Below are positions 19,767-31,456 of a stretch of DNA of 58,474 bases, one piece after another. Below the pieces are notes generated by a model that worked only from the letters and a program-made list of their open reading frames with translations, had not been told where the DNA came from and made no database searches. A program made the translations under genes and the position numbers. Numbering within the stretch: the stretch's first letter is position 1; every line of letters begins with the position of its first letter. Origin of the DNA: Candidatus Sericytochromatia bacterium (GTDB lineage Bacteria > Cyanobacteriota > Sericytochromatia > S15B-MN24 > JAQBPE01); the NCBI GenBank assembly GCA_035285125.1, contig JAYKHR010000157.1, positions 1 to 58,474 on the forward strand, in the 5' to 3' direction.

Positions 19767-19770
19767 GGCC

Positions 19771-19923
19771 TCACCCAACCTTGAACATGAGATGGAACAG
19801 GGTGCCCCGCTGGGTGTACGTCAGCGCCAGCACGGCACAGATGACGCCCAGAACGACCAGGGCGGTCTTGAGGTTCCTGCGGGCGAGCGCAGGGTCATAA
19901 GGATCAGGAGCGTCGGGGTGCAT
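19771..19923 (-). CDS. 50-aa single-TM protein in the cox cluster (not in the ORF track)
   Basis: MHPDAPDPYDPALARRNLKTALVVLGVICAVLALTYTQRGTLFHLMFKVG; stop lies 4 nt before the ctaAB start. Confidence 0.7.
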   Translation of the reverse strand: MHPDAPDPYDPALARRNLKTALVVLGVICAVLALTYTQRGTLFHLMFKVG

Positions 19924-19948
19924 AGGTATCAACCGGGGGAGAGAGGGC

Positions 19949-19976
19949 GACGCCCGCGGCCGGAGCCGCGGGCGTC
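19949..19976 (-). other. Intra-operon GC stem-loop with UUCG-class (cUCCGg) tetraloop
   Basis: Perfect 12-bp stem GACGCCCGCGGC/GCCGCGGGCGTC just after the coxB stop; no U-tract. Confidence 0.7.
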
Positions 19977-19983
19977 AGGGGGC

Positions 19984-21231
19984 CTAGCGAGCTGACTTTA
20001 CCTGGTCTGGGAGCAACGGCTTGCCGTTGTTGCCCCACTGGGACCGAACGTAGGTTGCCACGGCTGCGATCTCCTGGTCGGAGAGCTGGCCGCCGAAGGC
20101 AGGCATCGCCCCGTTGTAGTCGGTGCCTTTGACCTTGATAGCGCCGTTCAGGCCGTGGACCAGGATCTTGGCGAGGTCCTTGTCCTCGCCGTTGACCTGC
20201 TCCGCACCGGCAAGGGGCGGGAAGACACCCGGGATGCCAGCGCCCGTGGCCTGGTGGCAACCCGCGCAGCGCGAGCTGTAGATGGCCTCACCCTGCTTCG
20301 CCAGGGCCGCCGTGTCGACGGCCGCCGCGGCGGGCTCGGCAGCGTGCTCCTGGCCGGGGGCGGCCCCGTGCTCGGGCGACTTGGGGCGCTCGTAAACGGC
20401 CCCGACCTTGCCGACCTTCTCGACGGGCTCAATGGCGCCCGGCGCCTGGTGGGCCTGCACCCAGGCATCGAACTCCGCCTTCTCGACGGCCTTGACCTTG
20501 ATGTCCATCTGCCCATGGTAGGCGCCACAGAGGTAAGCGCAGCCGCCCGCGTAGGCCCCGGTCTTGGTGACCTCGAGGGGGAACTGCACGAGGTTGCCGG
20601 GCGTGGTCATCTGCTGCATGCCGAAGGCAGGCACCCACCAGGCGTGGATGACGTCCGCCGCCGTGAACTTGACGAGGATCTTCTGGTTGATGGGCACGTG
20701 GAGCGCGATGTCGTTCCACTCCTTGGAACCAACGGCGTACTTGGAGATGGCCTCCGTCCGCATCGTGGAGTTGAAGGTCGCGTTCACGGTGGGGTAGCGA
20801 TACTCCCAGAAGAACTGCCGTCCCACGACCTCGAGGACGAGATCCGGGTTCTTAGGCAAGTTCACCATGTACATCAGGCCCTTGAACGTGGGCACGCAGA
20901 TGATGATGAGAAGCACGAACGGGATGATCGTCCAGACCACCTCAAGGGTGGTGTTATGCGACCAGGACTCGGGCTCCCGCTGCTCGCCCGCCTTCTTTCG
21001 AAACTTAAAGATCGCATAGACGAGCGTGGCCTCGACCACCACCAGGATGCCGATGCAGATCCACATCATCAGCTGGTAGGTGTCGTTCACAATCACACCG
21101 AAAGGCGTGACAGGGTCCATGTTGGCGAAGGAAGCGGCGTGGCCGGCCGTCGCCGCCAGGAGGGGCAGGACGGCCGCCAGCGCGAGGAGGGCAAGCCGCC
21201 CGACGGGCCAGGATGGAGTGCGATGATGCAT
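19984..21231 (-). CDS. coxB: Cytochrome c oxidase subunit II with fused cytochrome c (caa3 type)
   Basis: LEVVWTIIP, GRQFFWEYRY, DVIHAW, CuA motif CAYLCGAYHGQM; C-terminal CAGCH...GAMPAF. Confidence 0.95.
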   Translation of the reverse strand: MHHRTPSWPVGRLALLALAAVLPLLAATAGHAASFANMDPVTPFGVIVNDTYQLMMWICIGILVVVEATLVYAIFKFRKKAGEQREPESWSHNTTLEVVWTIIPFVLLIIICVPTFKGLMYMVNLPKNPDLVLEVVGRQFFWEYRYPTVNATFNSTMRTEAISKYAVGSKEWNDIALHVPINQKILVKFTAADVIHAWWVPAFGMQQMTTPGNLVQFPLEVTKTGAYAGGCAYLCGAYHGQMDIKVKAVEKAEFDAWVQAHQAPGAIEPVEKVGKVGAVYERPKSPEHGAAPGQEHAAEPAAAAVDTAALAKQGEAIYSSRCAGCHQATGAGIPGVFPPLAGAEQVNGEDKDLAKILVHGLNGAIKVKGTDYNGAMPAFGGQLSDQEIAAVATYVRSQWGNNGKPLLPDQVKSAR

Positions 21232-21247
21232 GGTAGGTATCCGGCTC

Positions 21248-22887
<1,640 letters not shown>

Positions 22888-22888
<1 letters not shown>

Positions 22889-23823
22889 CAGGCGAGGGAC
22901 GAGAGCAGGGACGCGAGGACGTGGTCGAGGTTGGCCGCGGCCGCCTTGGCGGGCTTGGCCCAGTCACGCACGTAATCGTAGAGGTACACGGCAAGCACAA
23001 GGCCGATCCACACCACGTCGACAAAGTGCCAGTACCAGCCGGCCGCGGTCATCGCGAAGTGCTTCTTTGTCGAGAAGTGGCCGAGCCAGATGCGGGCCGT
23101 GACCACGGTGATGAAGATGGCACCGATGATGACGTGGAAGCCGTGGAAGCCCGTCAGCAGGTAGAAGGCGGTGCCCATCGGGCCAGACTGCACGGAGAAG
23201 CCCTCGTGCAGCAGATGCTGCCATTCCTTGGCTTGCACGCCGAGAAAGATGAAGCCGAGCAGCAGGGCCAGCCCCATCCAGGGCAAGGCTGCGCGGGTGC
23301 GGCCGTGCTCGAGCATGTGCTCCCCACGCATGTAGAAAAAGCCCGACACCACCAGCAGGGCGGTGTTCACAAGGGCGATGTCCCACGGCAGCTTGGCGAA
23401 GCCCTCCGGTGGCCAGACGGGCGCAAGCGTGCGCGCATAAAAGTAGTAGGCGAAGAAGGCCGCAAAGAACATGACCTCGGAGCCAATAAAGAAGCCGAAG
23501 CCGATCCGGAGGCCGCGCCGCGCATCATCCGGCGTGCCGAGCAGGGAGTTCTCGTCGAGGGCGTTGTCCCGCACAAGCTCCCACCACCAGCCGATCATCG
23601 CGCTGAGCAGGATCGTCAGGCCGAGGACGATGGCGGCGGGCCCGAAGCTGAAGTCGTTCCAGGTACAGCCGATGCCGAACAGCATCAGGCCGGTGCCGAG
23701 CCCCGTGATCGACGGGAAGATGCTCGCGATCTCGTGCTGCAGCACGTGCGGATCGAGGACCGCGATGTCCACGACGCCGCCTGGCGCGTGACTTTGCGGA
23801 GCGTGGGAGGAATGGTCGGTCAC
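22888..23823 (-). CDS. coxC: Cytochrome c oxidase subunit III
   Basis: FIGSEVMFFAAFF, NTALLVVSG, TGFHGFHVIIG, WYWHFVDVVW; GTG start with AGGAG RBS. Confidence 0.95.
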
Positions 23824-24057
23824 GGCTGACTCCTGCAAGGCGGGCTACGGTGCGGCGGACCTGCCCACGACGGCCCCCCAGGGGGCGCGGTCGGCACGGT
23901 CGGCGTCAGGCCGTCCGCGCACGGATCGTACGGTCCGTCAACCCCACAAAATACACGCTTCTACGGTCCGTGACAAGGCCGTCAGCCGGGAATCTCGGGG
24001 TGATCGGCCGCCTGATCACAGGCTCCCACGACGCCCGCTTGGGCCACCAGGCCAGCC

Positions 24058-24957
24058 TCAGCGCTTGAAGATGAAGCCGTAGCTGTGCAGGCCCGAGCTG
24101 AGGTAGTTGACGCCGATGTAGGTCACGATCATGGAGGCGAACCCGGCCACGCCGAGCCAGGCGGCCCGCGTGCCCGTCCAGTCGTGCGTGAGGCGGGCGT
24201 GCAGGTAGGCCGCATAGACGAACCAGGTGATCAGCGACCACGTCTCCTTGGGGTCCCAGCTCCAGTAAGTACCCCAGGCCCCGTTGGCCCACATGGCCCC
24301 CGTGATGATCCCGAACATCAGGAGGGGAAACCCCATGAGGATGAGCCTGTAGCTGAGCTCGTCGAAGAAACGCAGCGGCTCGGCGAAGCGGCCCTCGTCG
24401 GAGGGGGCGCCATCACCCGCCCTGGCCCCCGCCACCGCGAGCGCCGGGGTGGGGGCCGCGCCCTGACGCCAAGCGAAGAACAGGTAGGCGACCGCCGCCG
24501 CGAAGGACATCGTGAAGGCGGCATAGCTCGACAGCACCAGCAGGACGTGGATCTTGATCCAGTAGCTCTGCAGGGCCGGCATCAGCGGGGCGGCCCCCTT
24601 GAAGTCAGGCGGCAGGATGGACGCGCCCCCGATGAGGATCATGACCAGGGGCGCAGCGACCACGCCGAAGTACCGCGGCTTGTAGACCACTTCCACAAAA
24701 AAGTAGAAGGCCAGCGTGACGAAGAGCATCGTGATCATGCTCTCCCAGAGGTTGGACCACGGCGCATGCTGGGCAATCAGCCCGCGGCAGGCGAGCGTCA
24801 CGCCTGCGCCCACCAGCGCGACGGCCATCCCGCCCTGGCCCGCAAGGCGGAAGGCCTCCTTGCGCAGGCCGAGGTGCAGAATGAACGCCACGAGGGCGAT
24901 CAGGCCGGCCACGAAGGTGACGGAGACGGCCGCTTGTTCAAGGCTGAGGAGGTTCAT
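24058..24957 (-). CDS. ccsA: System II cytochrome c biogenesis protein CcsA/ResC
   Basis: HAPWSNLWES, PALQSYWIKIHV, WWD motif GAMWANGAWGTYWSWDPKETW, GVNYLSSGLHSYG. Confidence 0.96.
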   Translation of the reverse strand: MNLLSLEQAAVSVTFVAGLIALVAFILHLGLRKEAFRLAGQGGMAVALVGAGVTLACRGLIAQHAPWSNLWESMITMLFVTLAFYFFVEVVYKPRYFGVVAAPLVMILIGGASILPPDFKGAAPLMPALQSYWIKIHVLLVLSSYAAFTMSFAAAVAYLFFAWRQGAAPTPALAVAGARAGDGAPSDEGRFAEPLRFFDELSYRLILMGFPLLMFGIITGAMWANGAWGTYWSWDPKETWSLITWFVYAAYLHARLTHDWTGTRAAWLGVAGFASMIVTYIGVNYLSSGLHSYGFIFKR

Positions 24958-26291
24958 GTCGCAGGTGCTCCCGTGGGGGTCGCCAGGGCGTTGTCGGCTC
25001 CGGCCTGGTTCCAGAGGGTTGCGAGTTGGGCCAACTCTCGCTGCAGCACGACGCGCCCCCGGTGGACCCGCCCCCCGATCAGCCAGCCGACCTCATCCTC
25101 TCGGATCCAGGCCTCACAATGGCGGAAGGGAAGCAGCGCCAGCCCGAGGAGCAACAGGCCACAGCCGACGTAGACCAGCGGGATGCCGGGGTCGAGCTTG
25201 GTCTCCAGGCCGCTGTAAAGGTGATAGGACGCGATCGCCACGCGGTGCCCCGAGTAGGTGACGGGCAACCCGGGGACGAGTTCCAGCTGGGTCTTCCCGT
25301 CGTCGATGTCGAGGAGCACGGCAGGCTTCTCGAGCGATGCGTCCACCACCAGCGAGTGGGGAACGCCGTCAATCTCGAACGGCCGCGTGACCAGGATGCC
25401 CTCCTTCCACCGGACGAGGGGGTGGCGCTCGGACCGCCCGTCGAGGGTGAGCGTGACGGAGCCGATGCCCCAGAACGACTGATAGAAATACATGCCGTCC
25501 ACGATGAGGGGCTCGTTGACCCAGAGCGTGCGCGTGTAGGGCGGGCGCCCATCGCCTGGCGTCACCGTGACGTCCGAGTAGTACTGCTTCACCTGCCCCG
25601 TCGGGCGAAACTCGACGCGGAAGGCATCCAGCCGGAGGTCGAAAGGCGGCGGTGGGGCTGAGAGCCGCCCGCGCTGAAAGGCCTCGGACCAGAGGGTCCC
25701 CGAGGCCACCGCCTGCCCCACCTGCACCGGGATGCTGTGCTTGACGCCGGAGAGCCCCCCCCAGATGGCGCCCGCGATGATCAGGAAGAGGCTGAGGTGG
25801 ATGAAGGTCGGCGACAGCCGCGCGAACTTGTGTTTCTCGGCATAGACCACCCCATCCCGCACCGCCGTGACCCGCCAGCCGCGCTTCCGAAGGGCGTCGA
25901 GGCGCCTGTCATCCGGCGCCGCGCGCAGGCGTTGGACCGCCTGAAGGCCCGCCACCCCCGGAACAGGCGGGAGCGCCAGCCGGTAGCGCTTCCAGGTGGG
26001 GGGAAACCGCAGCCACGTGCAGACCGCCAGGTTGACGAAGAGCAAGGCGAGCAGGAACAGAAACCAGGCGGCGTGGTAGACGTCGTGAGCCTGGATGCGC
26101 AGCAGCACGGCCTTCAGCCACGGCGCGAAAGCAGCCTCCTCGATCACACGCGGGCCCTGGTCCTGGGGCAGGACGGTGCCGATCATCGAGGCGGCGGCGA
26201 TCGCCAGCAGCAGGACGATCGCCAGCTTCAGCGAGCCGAAGAACGCGATCACCTCGCGCGTTTTGGGGCCACGTGCGGCAAGGGCGGACAT
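24954..26291 (-). CDS. ccsB: System II cytochrome c biogenesis protein CcsB/Ccs1/ResB
   Basis: SLKLAIVLLLAIAAASMIGTVLPQ, FIHLSL, QYYSD, VNEPL, YQS, DPGIPLVYVG; start moved to ATG 26291. Confidence 0.92.
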   Translation of the reverse strand: MSALAARGPKTREVIAFFGSLKLAIVLLLAIAAASMIGTVLPQDQGPRVIEEAAFAPWLKAVLLRIQAHDVYHAAWFLFLLALLFVNLAVCTWLRFPPTWKRYRLALPPVPGVAGLQAVQRLRAAPDDRRLDALRKRGWRVTAVRDGVVYAEKHKFARLSPTFIHLSLFLIIAGAIWGGLSGVKHSIPVQVGQAVASGTLWSEAFQRGRLSAPPPPFDLRLDAFRVEFRPTGQVKQYYSDVTVTPGDGRPPYTRTLWVNEPLIVDGMYFYQSFWGIGSVTLTLDGRSERHPLVRWKEGILVTRPFEIDGVPHSLVVDASLEKPAVLLDIDDGKTQLELVPGLPVTYSGHRVAIASYHLYSGLETKLDPGIPLVYVGCGLLLLGLALLPFRHCEAWIREDEVGWLIGGRVHRGRVVLQRELAQLATLWNQAGADNALATPTGAPAT

Positions 26292-26417
26292 GTCACGGCT
26301 TCCTGGACTCAACAGGCCCATTATAGCGGAAGGGGCCCAGCACGGCCCCGCCCCCACGTGGACTTTCGGGCGCCGATCGGGAAAAATGCCATCGTCATCC
26401 CCCTTGCCCCCCCCGCC

Positions 26418-28859
26418 GTGACCGCGCCAGCACCGCTTCCCCCCACCGTCGGGCTGACTTACGACCCCTTGGTCCTGCCCGGGGTGCTGCAGGCCGCCGG
26501 CGGACAGGCCTGGCGCCGCCGCTGGCGGCTGGCGCGCGTGCTGCTCTCTTTCACGGCCGGGTTCTGGCTGGATGGCAGACAGCCGCCGGCCCGCCGGGAG
26601 GCTCGTCAGCGAGCCCGCGCCGCGTGGCTGAAGGGGCACCTCGTCGAGCTCGGCGCCACGTTCGTGAAGATCGGTCAGGTTCTCTCCACGCGACCGGATC
26701 TGGTGCCCTTGCCGTACGTCGAGGAGATGGCGTCACTCCAGGACCAGGTGCCTCCCTTCGACTCGACCGAGGCGCGCGCCATCATCGAGGCGGAGCTCGG
26801 GCAGCCCATAGACGCCCTGTTCTCCGTCTTCAACCCCTATCCCATCGCGGCGGCGAGCATCGGCCAGGTCTACAAGGCACGTCTGCGCGACTTGGGGCTC
26901 GACGTCGTCGTGAAGGTGCAGCGGCCTGGGCTGCTCCCCGTCATGCAGCTGGACCTCGCCATCTTGCGCCAGCTCACGGCCTTCGTCGACCGGCACCCCA
27001 AGCTGGGCCGGGGAATGCCGTACACCGCCATCCTCGACGAGTTCGGTCACAGCCTGTTCGTGCAGGCTGACTACCGCACGGAGGCCGCCTTCGCTGAGCG
27101 CTTTCGCGGCAACTTCTCCCGCTTCCCCGGCGTCGCGACCCCCCGCATCCACCACGGGCTCACCACCAGCCGCGTGATGGTCATGGACTTCGTGGACGGC
27201 GTGAAGCCCACGGACCTCGTCGGGCTCGCGGATGCCGGGGTTTCGTTCCAGGACATCGTCCGGATCGGGGTGCGCGCCACCATCAAGCAGTTGCTGGAGG
27301 ACGGCTTCTTCCACGCCGACGTTCACCCCGGCAACCTCTTCGTCGATCGCCAGGGCCAGCTCGTCTACATCGACTTCGGCATGGTGGGCGAGCTGAGCCC
27401 GTTTGTGCAGGAGAAGATCGTGGACGTCTTCTTGCACTCCGTCCACCGGCAATACGCCGCGCTCGTCGACGACTTCATCGCCCTCGAGTTCCTGTCCCCG
27501 CACGTCGACCGGGAGGCGCTCGTCCCGGTGGCGGAGCACATCTTCACCTCGCAGTACGGGGAGCGCGGCGAGCGCCTCACCGTCAAGGAGGTCTTCGCCT
27601 CGGTGTCGCGGGTGCTCTACGAGTACCCGTTCCGCATCCCCGAGAAGATCGCCTTCATCCTGCGGACGATCATCACGCTCGAGGGCATCATCCACCAGAT
27701 ATGGCCGGATTTCCGCTTCCTCGAGGTCGCCACCCCCTACGCAGCCAAGATCCTCCTGACGGACGCCAAGGCCAACATCCGCGAGAAGCTGGTGGATGAG
27801 CTCTTCGTGGCCGGAAAGTTCCGCCCGGACAGGCTCGGCAAGCTGTTCGGCGCAGCGTCGCGCGAGCCGACCTTCAAGTTCGGCGAGGTCACGCCAGCCG
27901 TGATCCGCTACCTCACGGCGCCGGAGGGGCGTCGCGTGCGCGAGGGCCTGCTGTCGGTGCTCACGGACCAGGTGGCTGTGCCGGACGAGGCGGCCGGCGC
28001 CGGCTGGGGCGCCTACGTGGCGCTGGCGGCTCAGGACCCGGCGTGGAGCCTCGATGAGCTGCTCGTGCCGCTCCTCGAGTTCCTCGAGACGCCTGAAGGG
28101 CGCGATTACGTCCGGCGCGCGCTGGCCGTGCCGGGGCTGTGGCGGCTGGCAGACGGCCAGGGCGGGGCGGGGCCGCGCGACGGGGGGCTGGCCTGGGACG
28201 GCCTGCTGACGGGGCGGCCGCTGTCCAGCGAGACCCGGCAGCGGCTGATGGCACAGCTCGAGGCCCTGCTCAGCGACCCGCAACTGGCGCTGCAGCCGGT
28301 GGTCGAGCGGCTGGCCCTGCTGCTCGACTCGCCGGCGGGGCGCCGCTGGTTCGAGGCCCTCGGGCAGCGGCTGCTGCTGGCCCCGGAGTCCTTCGAGGGC
28401 CGCTTCCTCGAGGTCGTCGCGCAGGCCGCGGCCAACCCGCACCTCGACATCTCCCCGCTCGTCCGGACCTTCTTCCGGCTGGCAACGAGCCCGGAAGGCA
28501 AACCGTGGCAGACGCTGCTGCTGCACTGGTTCCGCCGGCCGACGGACGGCGAGGCCGAAGAGAGGTCCCAGCTCGAGCCGCTGTGGCGCGCGCTGCAGCC
28601 CCTGCTCGCGGACGGCCGCCTGCGCGTCAGCGAGGTGGCCTTTCCCACGCTCGGCTGGCTCTTCTCCGAGGACGGTGAGGCCGTGCGCGGGGAGGTGCTG
28701 TCCAGCCTGCGCGAGCGCCTGCCGAGCGTCGACTGGGGCGGCGTCGCGCAGGGCCTGTGGCGGGCGGCGGGCCAGACGTTCCGCCGATGGCGCGACGCGC
28801 TGGGACGAGACGACCCCGGCGGGCCCGACAGGGAGCGAGGAGGCACCGATGACGCTTGA
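26418..28859 (+). CDS. AarF/ABC1/UbiB atypical kinase with repeated C-terminal extension
   Basis: LGATFVKIGQVLSTRPDL, AAASIGQVYKA, VVKVQRP, FFHADVHPGN, IDFGM; start uncertain (GTG 26358 or 26418). Confidence 0.92.
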   Translation: MTAPAPLPPTVGLTYDPLVLPGVLQAAGGQAWRRRWRLARVLLSFTAGFWLDGRQPPARREARQRARAAWLKGHLVELGATFVKIGQVLSTRPDLVPLPYVEEMASLQDQVPPFDSTEARAIIEAELGQPIDALFSVFNPYPIAAASIGQVYKARLRDLGLDVVVKVQRPGLLPVMQLDLAILRQLTAFVDRHPKLGRGMPYTAILDEFGHSLFVQADYRTEAAFAERFRGNFSRFPGVATPRIHHGLTTSRVMVMDFVDGVKPTDLVGLADAGVSFQDIVRIGVRATIKQLLEDGFFHADVHPGNLFVDRQGQLVYIDFGMVGELSPFVQEKIVDVFLHSVHRQYAALVDDFIALEFLSPHVDREALVPVAEHIFTSQYGERGERLTVKEVFASVSRVLYEYPFRIPEKIAFILRTIITLEGIIHQIWPDFRFLEVATPYAAKILLTDAKANIREKLVDELFVAGKFRPDRLGKLFGAASREPTFKFGEVTPAVIRYLTAPEGRRVREGLLSVLTDQVAVPDEAAGAGWGAYVALAAQDPAWSLDELLVPLLEFLETPEGRDYVRRALAVPGLWRLADGQGGAGPRDGGLAWDGLLTGRPLSSETRQRLMAQLEALLSDPQLALQPVVERLALLLDSPAGRRWFEALGQRLLLAPESFEGRFLEVVAQAAANPHLDISPLVRTFFRLATSPEGKPWQTLLLHWFRRPTDGEAEERSQLEPLWRALQPLLADGRLRVSEVAFPTLGWLFSEDGEAVRGEVLSSLRERLPSVDWGGVAQGLWRAAGQTFRRWRDALGRDDPGGPDRERGGTDDA

Positions 28860-30105
28860 GGCAACGCACGAAGCCAGCCTGCGGGGCGCACGCTCGGCCG
28901 GTGCACGCGTGGCCATTGCCCCGGCCGAGCAGCGGCGGGCCTGGCTGGGTGGGCTGGCGGACGCGCTGGTCACGGACGCCCCGGCCCTGCTGGCCGCCAA
29001 CGCGGAGGACCACGCCGCGGCGGTGGCGGCCGGCGCCGACGCCGCGCGGCTTGACCGGCTGCGGCTCGACGAGCGCCGGCTGGCCCAGCTGGCCGCGGCG
29101 GTGCGCGAGATCGCGGCCCAGCCCGACCCGCTGGCAGAGACCGAGGACCTTGGCGTGAGGCCCTCCGGGATTCGCGTGAGGCGGGTGCGCTCGCCGCTGG
29201 GCCTGATCGGGATGGTCTACGAGGCCCGGCCCAACGTCACCATCGACGCGGCCGCGCTGGCCGTCTACGCCGGCAATGCCATCGTGCTGCGCCCGGGCCG
29301 CGAGATCCGCGCCTCGGCCCAGGCGCTGGGGAACCTGTTGCACCGCACGCTGGAGGCAGCAGGGCTGCCCGGAGAGGCCGTGCTGGTGGTCGATGACCCC
29401 GACCGGGCCTGGTTCCGGTCCCTGCTTGCCGCCGCCGGCATCGTCGACCTGCTGATCCCCCGGGGGGGCGCGTCCTTGATCAGGGCCGTCGAGGCGGAGG
29501 CGCGCGTCCCGGTGCTGGCCCACGCGACGGGGGTGTGCCACACCTACGTCGACGCGTCCGCCGACCTGGAACAGGCCGTGCGCGTCGTCGTGAACGCCAA
29601 GGCCCAGCGCCCCGGCGTGTGTAACGCCACGGAGGGGCTGCTGCTGGACCGCGCCGGCCTGGACGGGCTGCTGGCACCGCTCGTGGACGCGCTGGTGGCC
29701 GCGGGCGTCACGCTGCACGGCTCCGAGGCCCTGGCAGCCCGCGACGCGCGCGTGGTGCCGGACGGAGACGTCTGGCGAGGTCACGAGTGGCTCAGCCTCG
29801 ACCTCACGGTGCAGGTCGTCGACGGCATCGCGGGCGCCATCAGCTACATCGCCAACCACGGGTCAGGCCACACCGAAGCCGTGCTGGCGACGGATCCCGC
29901 CGTGGCGGCCCGGTTCGTGCGAGAGGTCCAGGCCTCGGCCGTGATGGTCAACGCCAGCACGCGGTTCAATGACGGGGGGGAGCTCGGGCTGGGGGCCGAG
30001 ATCGGCATCAGCACCACTCGCCTGCACGCCTGGGGCCCGATGGGGGCGCTGGCCCTGACGACCCAGCGGTGGGTCGTCGAGGGGGAGGGGGCCGTGCGCG
30101 CCTAA
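28849..30105 (+). CDS. proA: Gamma-glutamyl phosphate reductase
   Basis: PLGLIGMVYEARPNVT, DLLIPRGG, GVCNATE, HGSGHTEA, VNASTRFNDG..GLGAEIGIST; GAGGAGG RBS. Confidence 0.97.
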   Translation: MTLEATHEASLRGARSAGARVAIAPAEQRRAWLGGLADALVTDAPALLAANAEDHAAAVAAGADAARLDRLRLDERRLAQLAAAVREIAAQPDPLAETEDLGVRPSGIRVRRVRSPLGLIGMVYEARPNVTIDAAALAVYAGNAIVLRPGREIRASAQALGNLLHRTLEAAGLPGEAVLVVDDPDRAWFRSLLAAAGIVDLLIPRGGASLIRAVEAEARVPVLAHATGVCHTYVDASADLEQAVRVVVNAKAQRPGVCNATEGLLLDRAGLDGLLAPLVDALVAAGVTLHGSEALAARDARVVPDGDVWRGHEWLSLDLTVQVVDGIAGAISYIANHGSGHTEAVLATDPAVAARFVREVQASAVMVNASTRFNDGGELGLGAEIGISTTRLHAWGPMGALALTTQRWVVEGEGAVRA

Positions 30106-31337
30106 GCGGCTCCGGCGGCGGGCGCGGCCAGGAAGTCGAGCACGGCCTGAATGATCACGCGCGTCCCCACGGCCAGAGCGTCCTCGTCGATCTGGAAGGC
30201 CGGGTGGTGGTGCGGCACATCGATGCCCTTCTCAGGGTTGGCCGAGCCCACGAAGAAGAAGCACCCGGGCACGGCCTGCAAGAAGAAGCTCATGTCCTCG
30301 CCGCCCATGCTCGGCCGCGCCACGACGACGCTGTCGGCCCCGAGGGCCTTCACGGCCGAGGCCCACACCCGCCGGCATATGCCGGGGTCGTTGACCGTCG
30401 CCGGGTAGATGTCCTCGTAGTGAAGGTGGCAGCGGGCCCCAAAGGCCTTGCACGTGTGCTCGGCGATGGCCGCCACCCGCTCGGGGATGAGGCGGCGCAC
30501 CTCGGGGTCGAACGAGCGGGCCGTGCCGTTCAGGCGCGCCGTGTGGGCGATGATGTTGTGGCGGTCACCTGCGACCACCTTGCCCACCGTCACCACAGCG
30601 CGCTCGAGCGGGTCGACGGAGCGCGCCACGATGGACTGCATGGCTGTGATCATGTGAGCCGCGACGACGACGGAGTCCACCGAGAGGTGAGGCGCGGCGC
30701 CGTGGCCCCCATTGCCCTCGATGTCGATCTGGAACTCGGCCGTGTTGGCCATGACGGGCCCCTCGGTGATCCCCACCGTGCCCACCGGCAGGCTGTTCCA
30801 GATGTGAAAGCCGATGGCGGCATCGACCCGCGGGGCATCAAGCACGCCGGCCTCGATCATGGGTTTGGCCCCGCCCGGCCCCTCCTCCGCAGGCTGAAAG
30901 AGGAACTTCACACACCCGTGGAGTTCCTCTCGGCGGGACACGAGGTGCTCGATGGCGCCCAGTTGCATCGCCATGTGCGCGTCGTGGCCGCAGGCGTGCA
31001 TGATGCCGTCGTTCACGGAGCGGTAGGGGTGGTCGTTGAGTTCCTGCAGCGGCAGGCCGTCCATGTCGGCCCGCACGAGCAGGCAGGGCCCGGGCTGGCC
31101 GCCCCGCAGCAAAGCCGTCAGGCCCGTGCCGGCGATGCCGCGCTGCACCTCGAGATCCGGCCACGCCGAGAGGATTTCGGCCAGGCGCCGGGCCGTGCGG
31201 TGCTCCTGAAAGCCCAGCTCGGGATGCTGGTGGAAGTCGCGGCGCCACGCGACGATGGCGCGTTCGAGTTCAGCGGTCAACACGGCAGGCACCTCGCAAT
31301 CGGGGCGGACGGCCCATCTGACCATGCCCGGCTCCAC
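30102..31337 (-). CDS. M20 family amidohydrolase
   Basis: RRDFHQHPELGFQE, RADMDGLP, MHACGHDAH, FQPAEE, GGEDMS, HHHPAF; exact start uncertain. Confidence 0.93.
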   Translation of the reverse strand: MEPGMVRWAVRPDCEVPAVLTAELERAIVAWRRDFHQHPELGFQEHRTARRLAEILSAWPDLEVQRGIAGTGLTALLRGGQPGPCLLVRADMDGLPLQELNDHPYRSVNDGIMHACGHDAHMAMQLGAIEHLVSRREELHGCVKFLFQPAEEGPGGAKPMIEAGVLDAPRVDAAIGFHIWNSLPVGTVGITEGPVMANTAEFQIDIEGNGGHGAAPHLSVDSVVVAAHMITAMQSIVARSVDPLERAVVTVGKVVAGDRHNIIAHTARLNGTARSFDPEVRRLIPERVAAIAEHTCKAFGARCHLHYEDIYPATVNDPGICRRVWASAVKALGADSVVVARPSMGGEDMSFFLQAVPGCFFFVGSANPEKGIDVPHHHPAFQIDEDALAVGTRVIIQAVLDFLAAPAAGAA

Positions 31338-31456
31338 CCCGGCAAACCTCCTGCCGGCGTGACCGGCTGCACAACGCGGGCAGGGGGCCGTGCATTAAGA
31401 TGGCGGGGCCCGGCGCCGGGTTGCCCCGATGCGTCGCGACTCCTGGAGGTCACCCG

